A stretch of 64,000 nt of DNA from an uncultured Methanoregulaceae archaeon (GTDB lineage: Archaea > Halobacteriota > Methanomicrobia > Methanomicrobiales > Methanospirillaceae): assembly GCA_963841015.1 (NCBI GenBank), contig CAWJAX010000002.1, positions 96,001-160,000 on the forward strand. Direction: 5' to 3'. Made by a program: the position numbers and the translations under genes. The notes under the pieces were generated by a model. The model ran no database searches and was not told where the DNA came from. It saw nothing but the letters and a program-made list of their open reading frames with translations. Positions 11,707 through 22,389 of this stretch are shown here, one piece after another (positions within the stretch are counted from its first letter, which is position 1; the number at the start of each line of letters is the position of its first letter).

Positions 11707-14700
11707 TCACTTGCATTTATTGTCCTGATCTGCAGTCCAAGTATCATACCAGTTATTGGCTGCATTCCAGGCCTGCCCGAAATTTCCGGGGACGGCTTCG
11801 AACCAGTTACGTGCGGCATCGAACCATTCTCCCGTCACCGTATCAACTGTGGCTTTTACTGCCTGAGTACGTATTGGAGATACCGGATCCCCCCCAAGAG
11901 GTCTCCCACCCTATCGGGGATGTGGTCAGGATCGCGTTCCACAGTGCCTTGTGTCCTTCCCAGAAATCATCCATAACCGCTTGGCTCACATCTCCCTGAT
12001 TATTGTTCATCTGCCTTTCGTAGGCACCTGGTGCATTGGGATTAGTAAAGTAATCAATCGACCCAGCAATCTTATTATTGATGGTATTGAAGGTCCGGTC
12101 ATGCCTCAAGCCAAAACAAGCACCCCCATATGCGATGAGGATTAGCCCACCTGCAATGATAGGACCGAGGAGCCCTTCAGGATCCATGTACGTGACTGGA
12201 TTATTTCCTGCATACATGTAGACATTTAAGCCCCCGAGGATACCGATCGGGTCTTTCTGGATGAACCGCCCGGTTACTGCATCATAATAACGCCGTTTCA
12301 TGAAGTAGAGACCCCCTCCTTCCCGCATAACCCCATACAACCCGCAGTAGGTGAACGGCTGGCTATGTGCAAGGGATCCGGTCTCCTCGAATACATTGCC
12401 GAACGGATCGTACGCATAGGAGGCAGAAATGTTACCTTGTTCGTCAGTGAGACATAGGATATGACCACAGGTGTCGGCATGATAGAAATACGTCCTGCCG
12501 TTTGAGATCATGGCAAGAAGCCGCCCCCGGCAATAGACGTAGCATGAAATCACGTTTCCCGTTTCATCAGTCTCTGCAATCAGATCTCCTGTCGGACCAT
12601 AGAGATAACGATGGGAACCTCCATTGCCCGTGCTCTGGACACGCTGCCCTCTTCCATTATACGCAAATATCCGGTGCTCCCCTCCGGTTTTGAGATCGGT
12701 CAGGTGATTAAACGCATCATACTCCGCAGTAAAGGCCCGGACACCTTCGAACCTGGTGAGATTGCCATCACGGTCATACCGGAACCTGTCCCCATTCCAG
12801 GTCTCTACCTGGTTATGCGGTGTGTAGGTAGCAGTAACGGAATCCTTCCGGATTCCCTCCGGGAAAGGCTGTTTTCCGTTCTCCTCACAGATATTTCCTG
12901 CAGGATCCCGGATACAGGATACCGCGGCAACAGTTTCCGAACCCTTCAGGTGCGCTGCCTCTGTAATGCGCTGCCGTGCGTCAGAGCGATAGGTGCTTCG
13001 GGTTCCGTTCGAACGCGATTCAGAAAGGATGTTCCCCACATTATCATACCGTATCTCAACTTCATGACTCCCGAAACGTACCGTTACGGGACGGTTACGG
13101 GTATCGTACTGGAATTTCACCAAAAGACCGTCAGGGTACAGGATTGAAGAAATATTATCTGCTTCATCGTAGGTGCACGTAATTTCCTGATTTCCCGAAA
13201 AAGAAATGCCAATAACACTCCGGACGCGATTGTAGCGGTATGTTGTTTGACCGGCAGAATCGTTCATCTGGACAAGATTGCCCGCAGGATCATACCGGTA
13301 CGATGCCACGGTTTTACCGTCAAGCTCTTTCCCGATAAGATGACCCTCCGCATCATACTGATTTGAGATACGCTGGCCTTTTCCCGTGATGATCCCGCTG
13401 ATCCTGCCTTGCAGATCACGCGTGGCAGAGGTAGTGACCCCGGTCTGGTCGATCTGCTGGATCGGGGCACCATTCTTGTCATGCACAAAAGATATCGTGT
13501 TCCCCTTCTCATCGACAATGCGGCCCGGTGTCCTGCCAAATGCATACTCAAGCCGGGAAATTTCACCGGTTGGATAGGTTGCACCGGTTAACCGCCCAGC
13601 TCCGTCATACACAAAGTCAGTCGTCTGACCGCGTGGATCCACGGATTGGATCAATCGTCGGCATGGATCGTACCGGTAACGAAAACTGTTTCCGTCCCCG
13701 TCTCTCCGTTCGATGACAGAGAGGAGCGGATCCCGGGTAATTTTCATCTCTTTCCCGTTCTCATCTATGGTTGCGAGACGGGCACAACACCCGTATATAT
13801 GTTTTAATGAAGTACCATCTGCGTGAATTATGCGGGTCAGCCGCTGGTTACGGTCGAACTCATATTTGGTAGTGTTCCCCCGTGCATCCGTCATTGCCTG
13901 CAGGGTAAGCCCGGAAGGATCAAAGGCAAACCGGGTCCGGTGACCTTCAGGATCCGTTATCTCTGCCGTGTTCCCAAAAGAGTCGTAGCTGAATACGGTA
14001 ATACTCTTATTCTGATCTGCCACGGAAACAAGCTGGCCTTTTTGGTCATACCTGATACGAATTTCTGATCCTGATGGACTCTGCACTCCGGTTAAGTGCT
14101 GACGTGAATCAAAGGAGAACCGAAATGTGCTTCCAAGAGGTGTTGTCTCAGCCGTGAGATTCCCGTACTGGTCATGGGTAAACGTAGTCATTTCTCCATT
14201 GGGGCTCGTATACCGGACCGGGTTTCCAGCCGGATCATACGTCATCCGGCTCCCTTTACCCTTGCCATCGTTATGCCCGACCCGCTGACCTCCCTCGTAT
14301 TCGAAAAATTCGGATTCTCCCAGGGGATTGGTGATCGTTACCGTTTTCCCGTCTTTGCTCACATAGGTGGTTGCATTGCCGAGGGGATCGGTGATCTTTA
14401 CTGAATCTGCATCCCGTTGATACCGGGTCGTATAACCGGCTGCATCAGTAATAGCAGAGAGCAGGGAATTGCGATACTGAAATACCAGTCGCTTCCGGTC
14501 TTCTCCCACTTCCATGAGGGTTACGAGACCCGCAGCATTATATTCATACCGTGTGGGAATTCCCTGGAGATCGGTCACTGCGATGAGGTGCCCCCCCTTA
14601 TCATACTGAAATGAGGATCGCCTCCCGTCAGGAAGCACAAAACCCGTGCAGAGTCCGGCACTACTGTCAAACCGGGTTACTCTTCCCGCAGCATCCGTAA

Positions 14701-15256
14701 TTCCCCGAATTGCACCGTCGTTGGAATATTCCAGGGTAACAATATTTCCATCAAAATCACTTATTGAGTGCAGCGGAAGGATGCTTTTACCTTTGATTCG
14801 CAAATAGCGGTAGGACAAACGGGCTCCTTTCGGGAGATACAGCCAGTGAGTCCCGTAATCAAGAAGCCTGTCCCCGTTGTTTGATAGAGTCGCTGCTTCG
14901 ACAGGAGTCGTTTCGCTCCCGCTTCCTGGCGGTAGACTGCTTCGGAAACGGAGATTCTGTCCCGATCCCTTTTTCAGGAGGATCATGTTCCCCTCTTCGT
15001 GGAGAGATGACTCAAAGGAAAAACACCAGCCGTAGCCAAGCTGACTCCTGTCTCTGGAGAGAGAGTTATAGGTAAGGGTAAACCGGATTGCAGGTCCGAG
15101 CCCTTTATAGAATGATATTCGATCTTCGATGATGAGATTAAGGTTGGATGTGTTTACCCAGTAATTTGGCAGACCGAGCCTGTGTTCCGGTTCTTTTCCA
15201 TTATAGAATTCCGTCATCGGATAATCTGTTGGACTACCTGTCCTGATTTCAGTCAT
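11707..15256 (-). CDS. Rhs/YD-repeat protein: DUF6531-like N-terminus, YD shell, Rhs core and uncharacterised C-terminal domain
   Basis: TYNS...LGYGW; many YD-xxG-L repeats; YAYDPFG...RYYDAVTGRFIQKDPIG...NVYMYAGNNPVTYMDPEGL. ATG 15256 overlaps the upstream stop (ATGA) after AGGAGG. The called ORF stops at 11843, but removing one G from the G7 run (11889-11895) extends it to TGA at 11707. Confidence 0.92.
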
Positions 15257-16380
15257 GAGCACCCTCCTGGCCCCTGGCCACCATTAAACTCAGTGTCGGG
15301 ATTATCGCCACGGCAGCCATGGTTCTGACTCCCGTCTCCGGGTAACATACCCCCTCCACCATCTCCACCATCTCCGCCCTGAGACATGGTCTGGATCATC
15401 GTCGGCCCGTTGACCGCCCCTGCTACCAGAGCTGATGCGCCTCCCGCAAGTACCTCGGCAGTTCCGGTTGTACGCATGCAGTCCTGGGCATTGAGAGGAT
15501 CGGTCAGACAATCGTGCGCCAGAACGATCCGAACGCAGAAGGATATCCCTATAAGGATAGCAAGGGGAATCCTGATATCAGGCAACCGCCCGGTTTGCGG
15601 ATCCCCTTGGTACCTGTCAGCGAGTACAGGTTCCCGGACGAGTGCATACGAGGCAAGTGTTCCAATGATGATATTCACGTACATCAGCGGGTACTGGCTA
15701 ATCTGGAAAACATTGTAAAGAATAAAAGCTGTCAGGAATGGAACGGCTATCCCCATTCCAATGAGCAATTTTCGGGAAAACTTTTTCCGGCCTGGCTGGA
15801 GTGGCATCAGGAAGTTATCAATCGCTTTCCGTTTCCAGATCAGGAGCACTGGCATGGCAACTATCAATAGCGGGGAGATAAAATCAACTCCCTCTCTCAT
15901 GCTGCCTTTTGTCAAAAGAGAGGTAATGGGAATTATGCCTGAATAAACAAACCAGATCACCGCCATAACAATGCCCATCATGATGGATAACCGGTCCCAC
16001 CATATCTGGGGTCTTTTGTTCCAGGGAAGGCTCTTTGAGATCTGGTTGAATGTATCCTTATCCATGATACCGGCCCTGAACTCAGAAAAGTTCTGTGTTC
16101 CCGCTGCTTCGGGCGGGGGGTTGCGAACACCAGATGCGTGGGAGGCTGGTGGCATGTAGGTTGACGTTTGTACTGGCAGGGGAGGTGGTCCCGGCTGCCA
16201 TTGCGTGCCGTTCCAGAAGATCCACCCTGTCCCTCCGGGATCGGGCTGCCACCAGACGCCTTTCTCATCTGTCACTCGTAATTGATCAATAAGAGTCCGG
16301 TATTGCTGGTCGGACAGCGATCCATTCTGCCGTTGTACCTGCAGTTCGGTATATCTCCTTGCCGCTTCACTAAAGTCCAT
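15253..16380 (-). CDS. Polytopic membrane protein (Trp-rich N-terminal domain, ~5 TM, Gly/Ala-rich C-terminal segment), translationally coupled to the Rhs gene
   Basis: GVWWQPDPGGTGWIFWNGTQW, Pro-rich linker, hydrophobic helices, HDCLTDPLNAQDCMRT, Gly-rich tail; ATGA overlap. Confidence 0.8.
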   Translation of the reverse strand: MDFSEAARRYTELQVQRQNGSLSDQQYRTLIDQLRVTDEKGVWWQPDPGGTGWIFWNGTQWQPGPPPLPVQTSTYMPPASHASGVRNPPPEAAGTQNFSEFRAGIMDKDTFNQISKSLPWNKRPQIWWDRLSIMMGIVMAVIWFVYSGIIPITSLLTKGSMREGVDFISPLLIVAMPVLLIWKRKAIDNFLMPLQPGRKKFSRKLLIGMGIAVPFLTAFILYNVFQISQYPLMYVNIIIGTLASYALVREPVLADRYQGDPQTGRLPDIRIPLAILIGISFCVRIVLAHDCLTDPLNAQDCMRTTGTAEVLAGGASALVAGAVNGPTMIQTMSQGGDGGDGGGGMLPGDGSQNHGCRGDNPDTEFNGGQGPGGCS

Positions 16381-16517
16381 GGACCTTCCCTCTTTTCCAG
16401 ACGGGGATAAGAATAGAAGAAAATTATATTGGTATCTGATTAACCTTGTGTTTTATTTATGAATCTCAATGGATCTTTCTCCAGCCTGGTGCAATTTATT
16501 CCCAAATAATCAAACAG

Positions 16518-17525
16518 CTAAACGAGTGCGCTGGCATTGATCACAGACAGCCCACCCTCCGTCCCAATCCAGAATGTACCTTCCGGGTCTTCCCTCACAA
16601 CCTTCACCTCGTTTCCGGCAAGGCCATCCTTTCTCGTGAGGATCCTGTCTGTTGTTTTGTTCCCCACAAGCACGCCGTCATATTCTGACCCGATCCACAT
16701 CCGCCCGGACTTGTCCTCGTGAACAGACCGCGTCGAAGGGCCGGCCAACCCATCAGCAATCGTGAATGCAATCCATTTGCCGCTGGCATATTTCGCCGCC
16801 CCTCCCTGTCCGGAAAATCCGGTAGCTAACCAGACGGCCCCGTCAGCAGATTGTGTAATATCCCTGACCACCGGGTGGGGCAGACCGTTATCCGTCCCGT
16901 ACACCGTCCAGTTCCGGCCATCAAACCGGAACAATCCCCCATGGGTTGAGGATCCACATCCAATCCAGAGGTCTCCGGAACTATCAAAAAACAATGCATC
17001 TGCAGATGCCAGAGTCATAGAACCCGGAGGAACGATCTCAATCCAGGTCCCATTCATGTATTGAACGATTTTACCTTCGGTCCCAACCCAGATCGAACCA
17101 TCTGCACGAGAAATGACACTGAGGGATTTTGATATGGGTGCCCCGGTATGTTCGTCAAAGACAGTCCATGAATTGTCTGAGAACCGTGCAAGTCCACCAT
17201 CATGGGCAACCCAGACAGAACCTGTTGGATCGTTTGCAATCCCCCGCACGTACCCGAACTGCGGTGCACCGGGGGGAAGAGGTTGCCGGGAACGGTTGAT
17301 CCTGTCAAACACGATTACTCCTCCTTTCCCCCCGGTCCAGACCATGTCCCCGTCAATAAGGATCGTCGATACCTCATCCGGAGGGCGGATGATCGTGAAT
17401 CCTGACGGTGTACTGAGCATCTGGGCATGGCTGAGCAGAAAGCCAGCCACCAGTATGGCCGCAAAAATGATGAGAATACCAGCGCCAACCTGGAGGACAA
17501 CCGGTATATTCCGTTTTATATTCAC
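16518..17525 (-). CDS. Membrane-anchored beta-propeller protein (two-component regulator propeller type)
   Basis: N-terminal TM; repeated D-x-x-G-x-[VIL]W[VI]G[TS]xGG blades; GLP/GLA motifs. Confidence 0.85.
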   Translation of the reverse strand: MNIKRNIPVVLQVGAGILIIFAAILVAGFLLSHAQMLSTPSGFTIIRPPDEVSTILIDGDMVWTGGKGGVIVFDRINRSRQPLPPGAPQFGYVRGIANDPTGSVWVAHDGGLARFSDNSWTVFDEHTGAPISKSLSVISRADGSIWVGTEGKIVQYMNGTWIEIVPPGSMTLASADALFFDSSGDLWIGCGSSTHGGLFRFDGRNWTVYGTDNGLPHPVVRDITQSADGAVWLATGFSGQGGAAKYASGKWIAFTIADGLAGPSTRSVHEDKSGRMWIGSEYDGVLVGNKTTDRILTRKDGLAGNEVKVVREDPEGTFWIGTEGGLSVINASALV

Positions 17526-17564
17526 CGGATCATCACCTTGAATCCTTGTTCTGCAATCGAACCA

Positions 17565-18239
17565 TCAAACCTTCGAGGTCTTCCCTGTGACAGGTGTTAT
17601 CGTCCCGTTTTCCAGGATAAAAAACTGGTCGCCAATCAGAAGGGCTTCAGCACGATCATGGGTAACATAGACTGTCGCAGCCCCGCTGGTGTGAATCATC
17701 TCCCGGATCAGGGGAATGAGTGAGTCTTTGAGATCCGAATCAAGGTTGATAAGCGGTTCATCGAGCAGCAGGCACCGGGGATTTCCTGCGAGTGCACGGG
17801 CAAGCGCTGTCCTCCGTGCCTGTCCCCCGGAGATTTCACTGGGGTACCGCTCTTTGAGAGAGACCAGATCGGTCATCGTCAGGAGAGTTTCAACCCGTTT
17901 GTTTTGTTCGTCTTTGGGTAGACCCTTAAGGACAAACCGGATATGTTCCTCCAAAGTCAGGTGAGGCCAGAGCGCCGGGGTCTGGAACATCATGCCGATC
18001 CCCCTCCGGGCGGGATGTTCGTGGAACCCGTCTTGATCTACAACCTGCCCATCGATGGAGATCGTTCCGGAATCCGGCGGATCGAGCCCGGCAATCACTC
18101 GCAACAGGGTGGTCTTTCCACTGCCGGAACGGCCAAGGACGACCGCAATTGTGTCATCAGGAACCTGAAATGAAATTCCTGAAAGGACCGGCGTCTTGTT
18201 ATATTGTTTTTTTACACCCGTGCATTCAATCATGCGCAT
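17565..18239 (-). CDS. ABC transporter ATP-binding protein (FbpC/PotA-like)
   Basis: GRSGSGKT, ISGGQ, LLLDEP, YVTHD. Confidence 0.92.
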   Translation of the reverse strand: MRMIECTGVKKQYNKTPVLSGISFQVPDDTIAVVLGRSGSGKTTLLRVIAGLDPPDSGTISIDGQVVDQDGFHEHPARRGIGMMFQTPALWPHLTLEEHIRFVLKGLPKDEQNKRVETLLTMTDLVSLKERYPSEISGGQARRTALARALAGNPRCLLLDEPLINLDSDLKDSLIPLIREMIHTSGAATVYVTHDRAEALLIGDQFFILENGTITPVTGKTSKV

Positions 18240-19845
18240 TGCTCCCAAAAAGCCTGAACCTCTTTATCCATATACTGATACCGAACAACGTCAGAAGTGT
18301 TGCGATAGTCGTAATCCCTGCCATGATGACACAGAGACCAGCTACCGCAGAAAATGAGCCATAATGGAGATAATTGTAAATTTTCATCGTCAGGGTCTGG
18401 TGCCCGGGGGCTGCCACCAGCAGGGTTGCACCCAGCTCTCCCAGCGTGAGGGCAAATAAAAATACTGCAGCAATAAATATTCCCGGGGCAATCATCGGAG
18501 AGACGACTCTCCTGTATGATGCTGAACCCAGGTCACCAAGGAACCGGGCAGCATCCAGCAGGACCGGGTCGATCATGTGCACCTGGGCGCTTATGATGAT
18601 AATCGCCACAGGTAAAAACCGTACGATTCCTGCAAACACCGGAAGAAGGAGACCCATAATTGGACCAAGAGTTGTGGCGGCAAACAAGGTAAGCAGCCCC
18701 ATCCCGATAAGTGATGAGGGAATTGCTAGTGACAGGGTGACCAATATCCAGAAAACGTGTTTTGCGTATTTCTCTTTTGGCATGAGAGATACGATACCGG
18801 CAGCCAGCGGGATACCAATCAGAACCGCAAGAATCCCAATCTCGAGAGAGTATACGATTTCCCTACCGGATGTGCTGATCGCTGCCCCAGCAACCGGCAG
18901 GGATCCCATGCTGCCGGCAGTCCCGAAGATGAGGACACCGACCTGCAGTACAATAAGGATAACCGCGGAGTACTGGAGAACACTGAACCATGCCGGCCAG
19001 TCCTGGAGCTGGCTGGTTCCTGTCCCTGTCCAGCCAGGAAATTCACCCATTGCCCGGATGCCCGGCTGACAGAAGACAAGAATACAGACAGCAACTGCAA
19101 TCAGGGGAAGGGCAGCGGCACAGGCTATCGCTATGGCATTCGTCGCGCTGAACGCTGCAAAGATGTCAAGAGCATAGGTATCCACGCTGAAAAGTGACGG
19201 CACACTGTACTCGGTAATCCCCAGCAGGAAAAGAAAACCAAAACCTGCGGAAAGAAGCGGGTACGAGATCGGGATCATGATTTTTGAAAGTACAGTAATA
19301 TCCGTCGATACGACCCGTGCCGCATCGATCAGGTCACGGCTTATGGCATGGAGTGCTATGATCCCGATAAGGCAGGCAAAGGGCAAAAAGGCCATGACCT
19401 GCACCCACCATGCCATAACCCACCCCTGCAGCGCAAACGGCTGGTAACTGGTCCCGGTGACAAGCGTGTTGAACGCGGAGATTATATTGTTCCAGGCCAG
19501 AGCATGAATATACGGCGGGATTGGGAGCAGTGCGATGATAAGCACTATCATGGCTCGTGACACCCCCCGGGAGAACCGTGGGATTGCTGTAGCATAAAGT
19601 ATGCCCATAAGTAATGCTGATACTGAGCAAACCGCAGCATACACTGTGCTTTTAAGGAGAAGCAGCCCGGATCGTCCCGACCAGACCAGCTGGGTGGTTA
19701 TTCCCGAATCCCCGCGTACAAGAGAAATGCAAAAAAGGAACAGGATAACTCCAATGGGAAGAAGGATGGGAAGCAAAAGAAGAATGAGTATCATGAACCG
19801 GACAATACACCCGGAAGAGATCTTGCCAAATATCATGGAATGCAT
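18226..19845 (-). CDS. Fe3+/thiamine-type ABC permease (duplicated BPD_transp_1, FbpB-like)
   Basis: ~12 TM; two EAA-like loops (LIDAARV, LLDAARF). Confidence 0.85.
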   Translation of the reverse strand: MHSMIFGKISSGCIVRFMILILLLLPILLPIGVILFLFCISLVRGDSGITTQLVWSGRSGLLLLKSTVYAAVCSVSALLMGILYATAIPRFSRGVSRAMIVLIIALLPIPPYIHALAWNNIISAFNTLVTGTSYQPFALQGWVMAWWVQVMAFLPFACLIGIIALHAISRDLIDAARVVSTDITVLSKIMIPISYPLLSAGFGFLFLLGITEYSVPSLFSVDTYALDIFAAFSATNAIAIACAAALPLIAVAVCILVFCQPGIRAMGEFPGWTGTGTSQLQDWPAWFSVLQYSAVILIVLQVGVLIFGTAGSMGSLPVAGAAISTSGREIVYSLEIGILAVLIGIPLAAGIVSLMPKEKYAKHVFWILVTLSLAIPSSLIGMGLLTLFAATTLGPIMGLLLPVFAGIVRFLPVAIIIISAQVHMIDPVLLDAARFLGDLGSASYRRVVSPMIAPGIFIAAVFLFALTLGELGATLLVAAPGHQTLTMKIYNYLHYGSFSAVAGLCVIMAGITTIATLLTLFGISIWIKRFRLFGSNAHD

Positions 19846-19873
19846 AATCTGGTCCTTGTCAGCCTGACCGTTG

Positions 19874-20929
19874 TCAGCGAATGAATATCCCCCTCAGATC
19901 CTGCTGGCTTTGTGCAAGATACGGGAATATCTCCGTATAACTGGTATTCATCGTGCGGATACCGGTCGAATTCATGCACGGGTTCATTATTCCTCCGTCC
20001 CGTACCGGGATCTGGATCCAGCCGGATTTTACAAGGTGAGCTTCTGTGTCTTTGTTGAGCAGGTAATCCACGAATTGCCGTGCTTCCTGTTCATGGGGGG
20101 CACCTGCAATAACGGCGATAGTATTCGGGATGATAAGGGTTCCGAGCCCGTTTGTTTCCTGGTCTGGCAGGACAATGATGACCGGCGCTCCCCGTTCCAC
20201 CGCCCCGCATGCATCGTCCGTATCCGTGAGCCCGAAGGTCAGCTGCCCATTGGCAACAAGGTCACGGACAACAGAATTCCCGTCAACAACACGCACCCCC
20301 CGGTCGTTGAGACGGTTGAAAAATTCCTGTCCTTTATCCCTGCCAAGGATGGCATACATGGCAGCAGCATGGGTAGATGTAGTACCGAACATCGGGTACG
20401 CAATCCCTAAAGAATCTGCAGGGTAACGATCATCAAAAAAATCATAGATGGATTTGGGCGCCGTAATTGTACCCAGACGTTTGGTATTTACCAGCAGAAC
20501 CCTTCCCCGTCCCCCAAAACCCGTCCATGATCCATTCGGGCTTTTATATTGAGGGGGAATATCTGCAGCAGACGGGGATTCATACCTCTCCAGCACCCCT
20601 TCCTGCTCCAGCAGCATGGTCTGGACAATCTCCCCGCTCCAGAAAACATCTGCCTGGGGATGTGCTTTTTCAGCGATGAGCCGGTTTACCAGACCCGTGG
20701 TCTTTGCAGCTTCAACATCGTAAACGGCACGTACATGGATGCCGGTCCTTTTTTCAAACTCAAAAAAAAGCGGTTCTGAATATACCTGGTCAACAGAAGT
20801 ATAAATTACGACTTCACGAGATGATTGTGTCCCCAGCTCGTCATGGAACAGGAACAGCAAGGGTGCAATAACCAGTATCATAACGGCAAGTACAATAAAA
20901 AGCACATGTCTGCCTTCCATGGGTCTCAC
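19874..20929 (-). CDS. Fe3+-type ABC substrate-binding protein (FbpA/AfuA-like)
   Basis: N-terminal TM; VVIYTSVDQ, RLIAEKAHPQADVFWS, GLTDTDD. Confidence 0.85.
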   Translation of the reverse strand: MRPMEGRHVLFIVLAVMILVIAPLLFLFHDELGTQSSREVVIYTSVDQVYSEPLFFEFEKRTGIHVRAVYDVEAAKTTGLVNRLIAEKAHPQADVFWSGEIVQTMLLEQEGVLERYESPSAADIPPQYKSPNGSWTGFGGRGRVLLVNTKRLGTITAPKSIYDFFDDRYPADSLGIAYPMFGTTSTHAAAMYAILGRDKGQEFFNRLNDRGVRVVDGNSVVRDLVANGQLTFGLTDTDDACGAVERGAPVIIVLPDQETNGLGTLIIPNTIAVIAGAPHEQEARQFVDYLLNKDTEAHLVKSGWIQIPVRDGGIMNPCMNSTGIRTMNTSYTEIFPYLAQSQQDLRGIFIR

Positions 20930-20970
20930 ACAATCATTCAGGTATGATGATTGATTGTATCAGGCAGTTC

Positions 20971-20978
20971 ATATATAA
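20971..20978 (-). promoter_or_regulatory. Candidate archaeal TATA box for the ABC operon
   Basis: TTATATAT on the minus strand ~45-50 bp upstream of the SBP start. Confidence 0.35.
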
Positions 20979-21560
20979 CATGTAGTCTTTTTTTCCCGAA
21001 AAGTTGCCTGACGATCTTTTGGGTATGCTCTGTAGCATTTTTTTGATTACCTTGGGTAAAAAGAGTTATTGTCTGTTGGAATGATGGAAATGTTCAACAG
21101 GTTTTCCTCAAAATTTTAAATCATTTTTTAAGAACCTGAATTTCCCGGTTTTTTCAGGATTTTTCATAGGAGTCACAAAGCTGCGGTTCAATACTTGACA
21201 AGATTTCTCTTTGCTCTTCCTTCACCCGCTGATAAAATATCTTCCAGGTTTTTCCTTGATCGCATTTTGGCCCTTTGCCCGGTTTGCCTTTGTCTGGATA
21301 ATTTTTGGTAATATTTCCTAAATTTGGATTACCCTTTTTTACCCCATAAAATTATCTGATAGACCTTCAACCACCCGACCAGAGGTTATGACGTAAAAAA
21401 GGACCAGCAGGGTAAAACCTTTACCTTAAAATTGAATTTGATAAAAAAATAGTGCAAAAAATTAAAAAATCAGTCATTATACGGGACTGCTCTATTAAAA
21501 GATACATCAGCATGTAAAAGTCTTTACTATCCAAAAAAACTGATTAATTAAAATATTTTT

Positions 21561-22337
21561 TTACTTCATAAGTGCGTTGACCTGTTGTGAGTGCGCTAGT
21601 GCATCATAATAGTAATCCTCGCACTTAAAATAAAAGTCATCGCTTCCATAAAAATCCCCTGAATTTTCTTTGTCTACTGCCTGAACACACAGATCTGATG
21701 CAGTCCGTAAATCTTCAAGGAAGGCAATATATTCTTGTGCCGCAGATTTCTTTGTTGTAGCACCCGCAGCAAGTTGCCTCATTTCTGGAAGATTTTGATC
21801 AATATACGTCCTCAAAAGGGCAGCGTTGATACGAATTTTTGCTGTATCCCATTGAGTAAAACCGTAAGAAACAGCTTGAATGGGAGGTGTCATCCAAGCA
21901 TCCATCTCAGTCATTTTAGCAAGTGCTGCTGTATCCCCACTCATTGAGAATACCGCAGATTGTGGTGCATATGTTGTTTGTGGGGGATTAGAGTATGATG
22001 CACCTAAAACTGCATAACCGATTATACTGACAATAATTATCAGGAGAATTATCACCCCCCCAAAAATAGCAACCCATTCAACAGTAGATCTCTTTTTCGT
22101 CATTCTCTCAGTAGCAGACCCTTGCGGTTGCTGTGCAGATGTATGGACAGCGGGAATTTCCTTTTCCTTTTTCATTGGGGGAATATACAATACTGGTTGT
22201 ACGGATTGTTGGGTTGGTGCTGGTTGTGATATAGGTAATTGATCTGTAGCTGATGAAACAGAAAGGGCTGTTCCACAATTTTCACAGAATTTGTCATCAG
22301 GTGTATTTTCTCCACAATTTGGACATACCTTTTCCAT
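21561..22337 (-). CDS. Zinc-ribbon single-TM protein with helical extracellular domain
   Basis: CPNCG...FCENCG, Pro/Gln linker, one TM; AT-richer than its neighbours. Confidence 0.8.
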   Translation of the reverse strand: MEKVCPNCGENTPDDKFCENCGTALSVSSATDQLPISQPAPTQQSVQPVLYIPPMKKEKEIPAVHTSAQQPQGSATERMTKKRSTVEWVAIFGGVIILLIIIVSIIGYAVLGASYSNPPQTTYAPQSAVFSMSGDTAALAKMTEMDAWMTPPIQAVSYGFTQWDTAKIRINAALLRTYIDQNLPEMRQLAAGATTKKSAAQEYIAFLEDLRTASDLCVQAVDKENSGDFYGSDDFYFKCEDYYYDALAHSQQVNALMK

Positions 22338-22389
22338 TTCAACCCCTCGTATTGATTATTGTGTGATTACCGGTTCATACGATAAGTTT

